Notes: generated from the sequence alone by a model not told the origin. Shown: positions 21,101 through 32,812, counted from the first letter of the stretch. The stretch: 64,000 nucleotides of DNA from Perkinsela sp. CCAP 1560/9 (GCA_965644495.1 CBFFSA010000003.1:372001-436000); one strand, 5' to 3'. Made by a program: numbers and translations.

Positions 21101-22675
21101 ATATGACAAGACGTCCGGAAATAAAAGTCTACGGAGAGACCAGACGACACATATGTGATGTCGGTAGCACCTTCCTCGGGATGACCTTGGCACCGGGGTC
21201 CCAACAACTGAAAGAGCTGTTTCGTAAACTCGACTCAAAACTAAAACAGTGGATGGAGAACATCACACAAAGTGCCCACAGCCTTCCCGCTAAGCTTTGG
21301 ATGTACAAAAATGCCGTTCTCTCACGTCTCCGTTTTCAGTTCGTTATTCACCCCTGTCTATCGTTCGGATCCGTGCTACGCCTTCAGAAGCGAGCCACGT
21401 CTCACATACGGAAATGGATAAACATGGCGCGTGCCGGAAGCTCTGAAGTCCTGTACTCTTGCCGAGGCTGGAATCTTACGAGCCTGTCAAAACTTTGGTA
21501 CGAATGCACGGGAGAATCTATGACGCAAATGAACAAACCCAAAGATCCAAATGTCCTACATACACTTCGCATACGCATACAGGAAGAGCAACACAAACGT
21601 CAAAGAGGTCAAATACGACCCGCTACTTTAATTACAGAACATCTGGATGATCCCCGAATGACTCGTCAACGGCTTCGTGAAGCACATGAGGAGGAAATGA
21701 TCACGCGCTTGCAGCAACGCGCGCCCATCGCAGCCCTATGGTGGCAGTTTCCTACGGATCCAGAAATGGCCCAAGAATTCGCTTCTGCCATAAATGGGAT
21801 CCGGAATGCGAAGATCTCCCGCTTTGTAGCATCCGTCATGACTCTTACACCGCTCCCTTCCCGAGCAGCGCTTGTTCAATGGAGCCGCAGCACCTACAGT
21901 AACATGAAATGCCCTATTTGCAACGACCGAGTGCAAACCGTCAGACACACCCTTTCCGCCTGCACCACTTCACTTCAGCAAGGACGATATACTTTCCGTC
22001 ATAACCTTGTCCTTGCCGAATTTGCGAAACATATTAGGGAAGCACAGGGAACTGAGTTTGCATATTTCGACCTACCAGGAGAGCGTAACCCACCAGCTTG
22101 GCTGAGGGAACACGATACACTGCTCCGTCCCGACGGTTACATTAAACTTCACAATGGGACAGAGTTCCTCATCGAACTCACAGTCCCATGGGAGGAGAAT
22201 GCGGAGAACGCTCATCGGAGAAAATCCGAGAAGTACAACATCCTTTTACATACACGGCGACAGGAAAACCCGGACACCTACATAATAGCCTTTGAAATAG
22301 GTGCCCGGGGATTCCCCAATGGGTCATGCAAATATATTAATGCCATCTTTAACGGCGACCATATTTTGGCCACAAAGTGTCGAGAAAGCATGACACAGAT
22401 GGCCCTCAGGGGGAGTTACATACTCTGGGCTCGCCGAAATGAGGCGACATGGTCGGAGGAGGAAACGTATTGACATTGTCTTCTAAAAAGGGGGCAATCC
22501 CGTTGAATGCGGGTCATACCCCCGACTTACTCTACTGGAAAGTATGAAAAAAATAAATCATGGAGCTCGACTTCACATTTTAATAGTATTGAGAATTCGT
22601 ATATTTGTGTTTACTAATTAAACCCATGTTTCTTATTTCTACTATGATATACTGGAGCACCGAATCCGGATTGGA

Positions 22676-23089
22676 ATGCAATTATCTACCGTGCTAACCC
22701 CCGAATTACAAGGAGTATGGGAATTCTTACATCAGTGGATCGTGCTAACGCAAAGCAAAGGAAGTGCAAGTTTTGATGACAAGGAACATTTAAAGTTAGG
22801 ACAAATGCTCTTAGATCGATTAAGAATCAAGCAGGCAGTGATGAAGGGAGCCGACCCACAATATGTGGAGACGCACTATGGGAATCAGCGTGATCCAACA
22901 GATCAGCTCGGAACGATGTTGGCTACCAGTATCCAATACAACCGATCTCGGGGACGATCGTACACAACTAACACCCGGGGAATGCGCCGACCCTACGCGA
23001 CCCGACGGTATTATGACCAACCACGATCGTACGAAACCAAGCCATCACGCCCGGATTTTTATTCGCGGGGGTCTGGCGGAACAAAGTGA
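22676..23089 (+). CDS. Gag-like ORF1
   Basis: Helical ORF with an Arg/Gly/Tyr-rich tail immediately before the YR ORF. Confidence 0.55.
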   Translation: MQLSTVLTPELQGVWEFLHQWIVLTQSKGSASFDDKEHLKLGQMLLDRLRIKQAVMKGADPQYVETHYGNQRDPTDQLGTMLATSIQYNRSRGRSYTTNTRGMRRPYATRRYYDQPRSYETKPSRPDFYSRGSGGTK

Positions 23090-23134
23090 CTCAGAGAAGT
23101 CCGCCCCCGGGCAAAAAGCCAGTTAAAAGCAAGT

Positions 23135-24174
23135 TTGGAGTTCGGCAGTTTAAGGCAAGTAGTAAGGAAGAAAGAGTCGCAGAAGATAAGTCAGTTACGG
23201 CGCGCCAGAAAGATTCAGAGCGTGCTAAAAAGCAAGTTCAGCGTACCGGGTACCACGAACGGGGGACAAGAACCGCGGGAGGAAGAGAAACCCCGCCAAG
23301 ATACGATACCTGGGCGAATCGATACGCCCCACTCCGCCCCGACTACGGCAGGCGTATATATCCGCGAAGTGCGATACGTCCTGATGGAAATGGGAATAAA
23401 CAATTCCAAAACACAGAGGCAGCTGCTAAACATGTGGGCACGGACGACATGGTTGACACGGGGCCGTTTATTAAGGCAAATGCGAGCAGCAAACCTGACG
23501 CTAGAGGACGGCAGTGTGGTAGCATTTGTCGCGAGCCTCAACGTGCGCAAGCAGACGAAGCACACATACATCAAGCACCTGATCTCAATCCTGACCCAGG
23601 CCAAGAAGCCGGCAACACACTCGCAAATGTACGCGAAGACACTGGTGCGGGAAGGAGCAGCGATACCAGAACGGCAGGCGAAACCGATAACAAAGGACCA
23701 AATAGACAGATTACTCCCGAGCATGACAGCGGACATGGCAATAGTGGTATTAGTCGCGTACAAGACGGCATCTCGTGCAGGCGAGGTATCGAAAATGAAG
23801 AGAAGCGATGTTATAACACTACAGCCAAACCGTGTAGTAATACATTGGGGACAACGAACGAAATCAACGAAAACGCAACCATTTCGCCCCGATTCTTTCG
23901 TGGTGATCGAGGGGGATTATACCGAACGAATATATCGAATATTAAGACAACGAAATTTTTACGGACACACCTGGGCAACGGTTGCACTTCTCACAGCCTC
24001 AAACATGGGGCAGTCCACGGTTTAATGGAACAGGTATCACGAGGAAATCTTACACTCGAAGAGGTAGTGAGAGTGACCCAACACAAGCAATTGGGAACAC
24101 TACTGAGATACTCGGGAACGAACGAGACGACAGCTTTAGCTTTGGGTACCCAAAGGAGTACGCGCACACTGTAA
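23135..24174 (+). pseudogene. Tyrosine recombinase, frameshifted near 23950
   Basis: KTASRAGEV and QRTKSTK in the 23135 frame; SHSLKHGA..TQHKQ..LLRY in the 23086 frame. Confidence 0.8.
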
Positions 24175-24176
24175 AA

Positions 24177-25997
24177 ATGAACGAGAACACTTATGGAAAA
24201 CAAGGTACGGAACCAATACGGGAATTGCGCGTACAAAAAGGAGGCGACGAGCGGCTGATCGCATGGTGGGATCGGAGCGCAAAGGATAGCGCGTGGAATC
24301 CGCGTCGTGTGTGGTCACGACTGCATAGGAAAACCGAGCGACCTACTCCAGAGATGATGGAAGCAGTACCAATACATGCGCAGCGAGTGGAGCCCTTAGA
24401 CCTGGAACGGGCTAAGTGGTTGATGCTACCACATATAAGAGAGCGATTCGATTATCTGTGGAACGAAATTACACGACCGTCCGTCTCGCCATACTTGAAA
24501 AATAATTCGCCCGTCAGCAAAGATGACTTAAGCCACGCCGACGTCAAGTCTCTACTCGGAGCGGACATCATCGAAAGAGTGGATAACGAAAGCACAGAAC
24601 CCACAAGAGCATGGGTATTTCCTTTTACCAATCTGGAACAACGAGAGGGAAAGTTCAGAAGGCGATTTATAGCGTGGCCGAAGGAGCATAATAATGCAAT
24701 CGAAGAATCATATGACGCGGTGGTACCGTTACAACAACCGGTAACGTACACGGCCAAGGTACAGGAAGAAACGGCAACATTGCGTGACCTCGCCTCGGCA
24801 TTTTATCAGGTGGAATTGCCAGGAACAACAAGATCATACTATCGGTTTCGACATAACGGAGCGATATATCAGATGAAACGCATGCCGATGGGGCACGCTA
24901 TGGCCCCAGAAGTTATGCAAACGCTAACGGGGATTATAGCGGGGCACACGGCTTATACGACGGCTCCCAGTGAATGACAAAGGTGGGGCTCTCCTGACAT
25001 ATATGTCGATGGGTTACGAATGTGTTCGTCATGGGCGGCGTGTACGGATTATGGAGCTTGGGTCGACGCCCGAGCAAAATACATTGGGGCAATCTTCAAG
25101 GAGAATGATACAACGGCAGTCATTGACTATGAATGGCTCGGTGTGCAGTACAATCATGCAAAGAATAGTTATAGAATGTCAACACGGTTCATTGATAAAA
25201 TCCCAGGAACTTTGCCGTTACAGTCTTATTTCTGTTATTACGAAACGCTATGCGCACGACTGGTATACGCGTCCGGAATCTTGTCTATAAACATGCCCAA
25301 ATATTATTGGACCATCAAGTACACTCGCAGACAAGTGTCAAAAATGAATAAGGGTCTTATCGGGGAGATGAATATGACGCAACCTCCCGAAGGCGCCCTG
25401 AGGCAGTTGCATACATGGGCACACGAAGTACGAAGTAACGAATGGCAACAATATCACGAGCCATCTTTCCAGGCCGCGACTATGTACACCGATGCATCCT
25501 TAGACGGCTGGGGGGCAGTACTATTTCTTCCCGATGGCACCGTGTACGGAACAGGGGCGGCCTGGGCGAAGAAGACGAAGATAAATGAGGGCGAGGCCCT
25601 GGCGATAGAAAGGGCGTTGTACGCGTTTCAAAAACATTGGGACCAAATGCTTAAAATCTATATACATATTGACAACACAAGTGTGCACTACGCGTTGCGG
25701 AAACAATGGGCCGAATCAGAAGCAATAGCCCGCGTGCTGGCGAGGCTACTGGAAGTAGCAGCGACACAACGCATGACACTCATTCCAAGATACGTAACGA
25801 CTAAAGAAAACTGCGCTGATCCGTGGAGTAGGAATCGGTTTGATACCTGGCGAAAGGGGGGAATATACGAACTGATTCAAAGTCGGACTGGCGAAAGGGC
25901 GGGTGCGGACGGCCCGCTCGTTAGTAACAATGCAAGTTTAACGGATAGAGAAAATGAGCATGCATACACGAATAAAGGACAGTATTTGAAATTATAA
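24177..25997 (+). pseudogene. DIRS-type RT + RNase H with an in-frame TGA at 24975
   Basis: RRRFIAWP, DLASAFYQVELP, RMPMG..APEVMQ, YVDGLR, YTDASLDGWG, INEGEA, IDNTS, NCADPWSR; both ORF pieces share one frame. Confidence 0.85.
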
Positions 25998-26000
25998 TAA

Positions 26001-26200
26001 NNNNNNNNNNNNNNNNNNNNNNNNNNNNNNNNNNNNNNNNNNNNNNNNNNNNNNNNNNNNNNNNNNNNNNNNNNNNNNNNNNNNNNNNNNNNNNNNNNNN
26101 NNNNNNNNNNNNNNNNNNNNNNNNNNNNNNNNNNNNNNNNNNNNNNNNNNNNNNNNNNNNNNNNNNNNNNNNNNNNNNNNNNNNNNNNNNNNNNNNNNNN
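26001..26200. other. Assembly gap (200 N)
   Basis: N-run. Confidence 1.
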
Positions 26201-26242
26201 GGAGGGGATGGAGGGGGAGGGGAAGTAGATGGGGGGGAGCAT

Positions 26243-27172
26243 GTGGAATCTTGGGGAGAAGGGAGGGGAGGGGGAGAAGAGGAAAGGGGGGGAGGGGGAG
26301 AGGAAGGACGGAGGGGAGGGGGGGAGGAGAAAAGGAAGTTAGATCCCCCCGAACGATGCTCTGAACAAGGTCGTGGAGGAGGACTCTCACAAGGTAACCC
26401 AGGAACACAACAAGCTCCTCGAGTGTTTGCACACCCACGGGCTCGGGTCTCCAAGGTGCCGGGGACCACACGGGATACGTTAGAGGTACGTTGCGTGTAC
26501 AAAGGGACGCGGATGAAGCTGATTGACACTGCGGGGTTTGTGCGCATACGAGAGCTGCGCGATCGGCCGTTTCGGGAGGCACTGTGGAAACGGACCCGAT
26601 CGGCGCTGCGGTTTGCCAGTGTCGTGGTGGTGGTGTTTGATGCCAGCAAGGGGTGCCCCAGCAAGGCGGATCTCATTCTTGGGTACCGATGCGTGGATGA
26701 GGGGCGGGCGGTGGTGTATGCGGCCAATAAGTGGGATACGGTAGAGGATGGGATCGCGACCGCGGAGGCGATTGATTATAAGCTACGCAGACAGCTGTAT
26801 GAGGTGAAGTATTGTAATGCCGTGGCGGTGTCTGGGGTGACGGGGTTGAATTTGGATCTGTTGTTGGATAGTGTGATTCGGGCGTATGAGACGTGGAATC
26901 GACACATTCCGGCGTCCGTGTTGACGCGATTTTGGCAGCGCTTGGAGAAAACGGTGAGCATGCCGCATCACGTGACGCGGGTGCGTAGGCTACAGCAAAT
27001 CAATATACGACCCCCGACGTTTTTGTTACACCTACAAACACGGAATGATAGGAAAAAATTGCCCCCAAGATACGAAAATATGATACGGAATGCTTTGGTG
27101 GAAGAGTTTGGTTTTCGAGGCGTACCGTTGCGCGTCTTTCAGTGTGTGAAAGATGCGTTTAAAGATATCTAA
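26243..27172 (+). CDS. EngA/Der-like GTPase (second G domain plus KH-like C-terminus); 5' end lost in the gap
   Basis: PGTTRD, LIDTAG, ANKWD, RPPTF..YENMIRNALVEEFGFRGVPL. Confidence 0.8.
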   Translation: MESWGEGRGGGEEERGGGGEEGRRGGGEEKRKLDPPERCSEQGRGGGLSQGNPGTQQAPRVFAHPRARVSKVPGTTRDTLEVRCVYKGTRMKLIDTAGFVRIRELRDRPFREALWKRTRSALRFASVVVVVFDASKGCPSKADLILGYRCVDEGRAVVYAANKWDTVEDGIATAEAIDYKLRRQLYEVKYCNAVAVSGVTGLNLDLLLDSVIRAYETWNRHIPASVLTRFWQRLEKTVSMPHHVTRVRRLQQINIRPPTFLLHLQTRNDRKKLPPRYENMIRNALVEEFGFRGVPLRVFQCVKDAFKDI

Positions 27173-27334
27173 CATGGTAATGACCAATGGGGGTATGTTG
27201 TGGTGTATGTTGTGTCACTTGTAATCATGGTTAGAATACAATCACTACTGTTGAACTACTTGTTTGCTGCATTTTATTTTCTTTATAGAAGCGTTCGGGT
27301 ATTCTTTCCATTTTTATAATCCTTTTATTTTGAA

Positions 27335-27721
27335 ATGGTAAACGCAAACAGTGCACGTGCCCTCCGTCAGTTTTCCAAGAAGGATTTACTGTCCCGCGTG
27401 GATGTGCTAAAGAAAGAGCTCCTCCAACTCCGCTGTGCGGCGAAGACTTCCGGAACACAGACCAAAGCTTGCAAGCAGTGGGTTGTCCGACGGAGCATAG
27501 CGCGCGTTTTAACAGTTTTAAACCAGACTGAGAAAGAGAATTTGCGCAAATTTTATGATCGCCCTCAAAACAAGCGCAAAATGCCGAAATTCTTAAAACC
27601 AAAGCTGACAAAGGCGAAACGACTAGCTTTAAAGCCACACGAAAGAAATGCAAAAAGTCTTAAGCAAGTGAAAAAGATGAAGGCCTTTCCCAAGCGTACG
27701 TATTTCGTGAAGGCTGCATAA
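27335..27721 (+). CDS. RPL35: 60S ribosomal protein L35 (uL29)
   Basis: LKKELLQLR..VVRRSIARVLTVLNQ..LRKFY..PK.T.A.R.AL..FPKR. Confidence 0.93.
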   Translation: MVNANSARALRQFSKKDLLSRVDVLKKELLQLRCAAKTSGTQTKACKQWVVRRSIARVLTVLNQTEKENLRKFYDRPQNKRKMPKFLKPKLTKAKRLALKPHERNAKSLKQVKKMKAFPKRTYFVKAA

Positions 27722-29138
27722 CTGAAAAAATGCAGACATATTGACGTGTAATGTACATGGCAGATGTTTGAAGCTGAAAGCATAAAATAGTGCCGTATAA
27801 CGACAAAGGATAAAACTATCGAAAGGAAGAATATTCTTTTGATTACAACGAAACATCAGAAATATTGATCTATTCTAGTTTCCAGAACCAGATGTAGTCC
27901 CTTTCGTTCTTTTGGAAATATTGCACACTTTTGTATTTTATCATTTAGAAACATTTTACATTTCCTAGTGAGGTCCTCTTCAATGGAGTTTCTGACGAAT
28001 TCGTTTGCGCGCATTCACTACGTACTTCTTTATCTGAACTGTGTGACTTGTGCATATTTTTTTCTGTCGCGTGCTTATCACTCAACCTATGAAAATAAAA
28101 AGAATTCTCCATCTCCATAGGATTTTCTCCCACAAGTCGGTTCCCGATTTTTTTTATGACCGAAAGATGACAAAGTCCTGGTAGATATCCTTTTCAGCAT
28201 CGGCTGTTGTTAAGCAGTATGGCTCAGAGATGCTGTATGATGAACGTGTGATGACCCTGTATGATTAACGTTGAGCTATCATATTTTTTTGAGGGATTTT
28301 TGAGAGAAGGATTCGAAACCCTTAGACTTTTATAATAGACAATTATAAAATTCAACAGACGTTTCTTGCAGAAAATGCCCCCATTTCTTCTTCCTTGCCA
28401 ACGGGATGCCTAGTGGTAATTGTCTGAGGAGTTGGGTGCAAGTCCTTGCTGACTGTAATAAGTGTTTTTGTAATAAGTGATGTTGACTGTAATATGGTAC
28501 ACAAGAAAAGTCACGGCCAGGTTGGTTTTTCACACTAGCTTGTGAAGGGGGAAGAATGAGTGACCTCCTGGTGGGAACACACTCATATTACATGCATATT
28601 TTTTATTGATCTTATCTATTGATCCGTTGCATACACCGCTGTATCTCGTACGTATTTTATGGTATTCACTACAGCTCTGAGTGAATGCTTATCTAATGCG
28701 TAAGGCGTTCAATTAGATATCTATTGAGACACCTAGCGAAATCACTGCAGCTTTTCCACTTTATTATAAAGTGTAGCCGAGGAATCCACATAAGTTATGT
28801 CGGTTTGTACCATCAGAAGAAAGGACATCCTGACAAGGTCTGCAGGATCCAAAGTTCCTTCTTGTCAAGAGTTGATGTACTATTACTTCTTCCTTCGCTT
28901 GCTCTTTTTTTTGAAATTATTGACTTGCCTAAAACGTAGTTTATTTTGCACATCCGCAACTGTGCATGATGTTTCCCCCCTTTTGCGCCCCCACGATATG
29001 TGAAAAATCAACATTGTAAGAGAAATGGGTAAATATAGGAACGGATAAGGATGATCGGCCTGCTGAGAGAACAGTTGAGCCCTGAGTCCCAGCAAAATAT
29101 GTAAACCACTATATACGAAAAAAACATATTTTATAGAA

Positions 29139-30112
29139 TTATAAACCATCGCCAGCATCGCCACTTACGTCACCGTCGCTACACGAACTCTCGCTGGCTT
29201 CCTCCCGTTCAGGATTTTCAGCCCCGTAGTGCAGCAGGACGCAGTTCAAAAGATTTTGCATTCGACATTGCCAAGCTTGGTGTAAGCCCATGTGAGTGGC
29301 ACCAAGTTTCACGCACTGAAGCGCAACGTTTCGCTGGAGTTGCAAAGGGGTGGCCTCGTAATTATAGTGCTGGCGCTTAACCCATCCCTTTATGGTACCG
29401 CGGACGCCCTCTGCGTGATTAGTGTGGTACCCTTGATAGGTAACGAACTCCTTGCTGAGGTTCACCGCGCAGTGTCGGCAATACTCGCCGAGGTTGACGT
29501 ATCCTTTCCAGTAATCGCTGACCACAACAGTCATCGCGCTGGCCAGATGGGGCAGAATGAAGGAATGAAGAGTTTCTAGGTCACGACGCCTCACCAGCTT
29601 CCAATGGGTAAGACCCGTTTTCCGTCCCTCCTGCTCAGTAAGTGTTGCGAACCACCAACCCCGCTGACCTTGTCTACGACCTCTGTTGTATTTTCCCCTA
29701 CCAATGAACGTCTCGTCCACTTAGATTCGCGAAAACGCGTGATCAAAATTGCGCTCTTGATCAAGCGCAGCCTCCGCGAGGTGACGCAAGATGTCCTTCA
29801 CAGCCTTTCGTCCGATACCACAGTGCACAAATGGTTCACAATATCTGCCCACACCAAGAGAAGCATGCTCGGAGTCAGCAAAGTGCGCCTTGAAATATAA
29901 AGGAGAAATCGGCTAACGTGCACTCGGCAAGAATTCCGATCACCAGGTTCTCGGTGCACACAAAGCCGCATCCGATTATTGCCCGGGATGTCAACCCTGA
30001 ACTGGTTCCCATGATCAGGGCATTTGGGTGGGCCAAACAGACCGTGAGACTTCATCCACTTCTCCGCATCATTCCCCTGAGGAATGGCGGCAACGCTTCG
30101 CCATAACCTCAT
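29139..30112 (-). mobile_element. Merlin (IS1595/ISXO2-like) DDE transposase remnant, frameshifted
   Basis: VDETFIG..KYNRGR, SDYWKGY, H.AVN.SKEFV, HTNHAEG; the upstream piece has a CPDH..C..C zinc-ribbon-like motif; TIRs not identified. Confidence 0.8.
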
Positions 30113-30431
30113 GCAGGCGCACCCCGGACACCCCCTACAAACAGGTCGAACCTCAATATTTCGCCACGTACGGTATGTTCAATGAACGGGCACTCAGTTC
30201 GTTGAACATTCAACGAACGTGCCCTCAAGCCGGAATTTGACTTCTTTTGAATACCTTGAGAGAGTTTAGAGGACGCGAAGCCATGCTACAGAAAACTCAG
30301 ATACGAAATATACGCAGTACTTTTGATCTCTACGATAGTTAGTTTGATTGAACAATTTATTCACAACCTCTTTCATTTTCTGTAAACCATATATAGTCGA
30401 CGTTAATAAATCGAAACCATTGCTATTTTCA

Positions 30432-31076
30432 ATGACTTATTCCTTTTCATTGTTACGTGCGCTACGGACATCAGACGTGCAGTCTTCAAAGAATCCACGT
30501 GCAGCGAAGGTAAGGTCTGTTTTCGTGCCGCAAGAATACGATTTGGTAAGACTTATTGAAAATGTAGAGAAAAGGCATCCTAGCTGGGACACGAACACAC
30601 CTGCCTGTGAGTGGAATGGCATTCTATGTTGTGAGAAGCAAGTTATAGGAATCGCCTGGTCCTTTACGGATCTAGAAACGTTAATTTGGAAATATTTGCC
30701 TTTAAGTTTAATGTCGCTTCAGGCGATGAGTGCCCAGCTTCGTTGTGAACTTCCCCTAGAGATGTTTCCCCCGACTCTCCTACATATTTATCTGTATTCC
30801 AATAAGTTAATAGGTAATCTCGACCTTCTGCAGCTTCCTCCTTTACTGGAGGTGTTCGACGTCCAAAGCAATTATTTTTTTGGCCTCGTCGATTTTTCAT
30901 TACTTCCGACAAGTTTGACCGACCTGACGTTGTCTTGGAACAGTGAACTCAAAGGTGCATTCGACGTGAGACTGTGTAGTCTGGATTTGAAGTATGACTT
31001 TCGGTACACAAATATTACGGCCTCCAACGGATGTTTATCTCGGGATGTTTATCTCGGAGGCCAATTAGCAGTATGA
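30432..31076 (+). CDS. Leucine-rich repeat protein
   Basis: CEWNGILC cap followed by LP..L..L.L..N.L.G.LDL repeats; paralogue of 43833..44639. Confidence 0.8.
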   Translation: MTYSFSLLRALRTSDVQSSKNPRAAKVRSVFVPQEYDLVRLIENVEKRHPSWDTNTPACEWNGILCCEKQVIGIAWSFTDLETLIWKYLPLSLMSLQAMSAQLRCELPLEMFPPTLLHIYLYSNKLIGNLDLLQLPPLLEVFDVQSNYFFGLVDFSLLPTSLTDLTLSWNSELKGAFDVRLCSLDLKYDFRYTNITASNGCLSRDVYLGGQLAV

Positions 31077-31432
31077 TTCGGAATGACCATGTGTGTACTT
31101 GATGTGGACTGTTTCAACTGCATGAACTGTCGAAGTGATAAACCGTGTATTACGCTAAGAAGAATTACCGTCACTCCCTTCGATGACCGTTCACCCCCTT
31201 CACTTGTCCGACTAGGTGACATATCCTCTGTCTACAACCGATGAGAGGATATGTCACTCGGATATGGACGGACGGGGCATGTCATAACGTCCCCGGCTTC
31301 AAAAGGAGATATCGTTGGAGTATCGCCATTCATATACATTATCATACAGATAATCTGCAGAGATTTGGTAAAGTGAATATCGGAAAATAATTCCGTTATC
31401 CGCGCACACGACGCGTTTAATTCACTTTTAGT

Positions 31433-32165
31433 TTAAGCAACGTTTGAATTTGGGTCATGGATCCAGTTTACGTCATCGCGGTGCTGAAAAAAATTAAAAC
31501 TTCCTCGCAGTGCGCTCTGGGTCATACTTTGCCGGCATGCCTCGATGAGACTATCGTTCCCAAGAAAAAGAGAGTTCAGAGCTCGAGCTGAGCTGTGGAG
31601 CTTCCCTCGCGCGCCTACTTCGAACACCAAAAGAAAGGTGGCTGGGTGTTCAAGCTTCCTGGAATGATAAATATTCGTGTACTTCTTCATGTTCCGCTCA
31701 TGTGCGTAGGTAAGGTTCTCCTCCCATGGGCAAGTTAGCTCTATGATATATTCTTCCCCGTTCGCAACTTTCACCCAGCCGTCCGGTCGGAGCTCAGTGT
31801 CCAAGATTGTGAGCGACGACGGAATGGAACGGAACTGTGGAAGATCAAAGTGTGCGATTTTTGTTGCAGGAGAATTGACAACACGGAATGCTAGGGTTTG
31901 GAGTACTAGATCATGCCGCAGGGTGTATGGGCCCTGTTCGAGTGATTTTGCACACCCGGAGAGGATACTTATGGCGTGTGGTTACTAATGGCGTGTGGTC
32001 TTCGTTTCGGTTCTGCATATTGGACATTTGTCGCTGGTGTGGGTTGAAACACCCCCAAGACGCGTGGGTAACCGAGGATGGTGTTCATACGACCACTGTT
32101 GAGGGGGCTAACTCCCTTCCGTGGGACGCGAATGGAATTCCCATCGTACATGCTACAAATGACTT
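31433..32165 (-). pseudogene. 3' fragment (RLE) of a third HERO-like element
   Basis: SLEQGPYTLRHDLVL, ELRPDGWV..IIELTCPWEENL..EVGARGKL closely match element B. Confidence 0.85.
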
Positions 32166-32691
32166 CCATGATTCATGATACTGTATCATGAATCCATGGC
32201 CCTGACCATACTGTATCATACAACACGGTCAGGGCCATGTATACGTGCTGGCAAATGAAGTCATGGTTCATCGTGCGTCATGGTGATCGGGGTCCCACAG
32301 AATCCGCCACGGCTGGTGAGCAAGGGAGGCACCATAGAGCATCCTCTCGAGCACGCATATACAGTGCGCCCCGATAGTAAAGTTTTTTTTAGTAGTTACC
32401 ACCGAGTTTGGGTAACTACTAAAAAAACGTTACCATTCGGGAAACCGTTTTTTGGGACTTTACCAACTGGGCGCACTGTAACGCGTTTGCTCGTCGTGCG
32501 GGGGACTTCCAGTATATGGAAGCCTCCTGCGCGCAGAAGTACCGGTGTCACGTTAGTGGGGAGGCAGGCCGCGTGGTCCCGTAGAAGGGTCCAGCAGCGC
32601 ATGGGGACTCGCAACCGTGTTCCGACCGGGTTATTGAGGAATGTAAAAAGGGAGCCGCACTTCTACTTTATGACAAGAGGGACAGTTCCCC

Positions 32692-32812
32692 GCCTAGCGT
32701 CATCCGGAAGCGGGCATGAACACAGTAAAAATATGCCCGCTTCCGGGAGAGAAATGATGAGCTAGGAAAATGTACCAATAAGGCACAGAAACTGCATCTT
32801 TATCCTTTAGTG
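32692..32812 (-). ncRNA. Spliced-leader RNA-like gene or pseudogene (37-nt exon at 32812-32776, GT donor, downstream hairpin)
   Basis: CACTAAAGGATAAAGATGCAGTTTCTGTGCCTTATTG|GTACA; TGTGCC/GGTACA stem across the donor; perfect 14-bp stem CCGGAAGCGGGCAT/ATGCCCGCTTCCGG downstream. Confidence 0.65.

Larger units (their letters stand above)
12521..22561 (+). mobile_element. HERO-like RLE non-LTR element A (degenerate, full length, interrupted by element B)
   Basis: 10-bp TSD GGAGCTCGAC at 12511-12520 and 22562-22571; ORF pieces 12579..13273, 18195..18449, 18394..20862 (TAA where B has Glu) and 20869..22473; NWRPISL, QKGF, GVLQGDTLSP, AFADD, CPIC..HTLSAC, YTFRHN, LRPDG..IELTVPWEE..K..KY..EIGARG; A-rich tail. 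Confidence 0.85.
22676..26000 (+). mobile_element. VIPER/TATE-like tyrosine-recombinase retrotransposon (gag - YR - RT/RNase H), degenerate
   Basis: The order gag, YR, RT-RH matches kinetoplastid VIPER/TATE elements; boundaries are approximate and the 3' end abuts the gap. Confidence 0.8.

Noticed and set aside
13363-22473. A divergently transcribed pair of RT genes forming a two-gene system
   Set aside because: The TSDs show that B is inserted into the 5' part of A, so the head-to-head layout is a nesting artefact.
23086-23950. 362-aa overlapping ORF as a separate gene
   Set aside because: Only its C-terminal ~70 aa carry YR motifs and complete the frameshifted recombinase; the rest is a shadow frame.
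6897-24977. In-frame stops (TAA 6897, TAA 20860 aligning to Glu, TGA 24975) as evidence of Blastocrithidia-type stop-codon reassignment
   Set aside because: They occur only in decayed transposons, two of which also have frameshifts. Long host ORFs have no internal stops and end in TAA, TAG or TGA.
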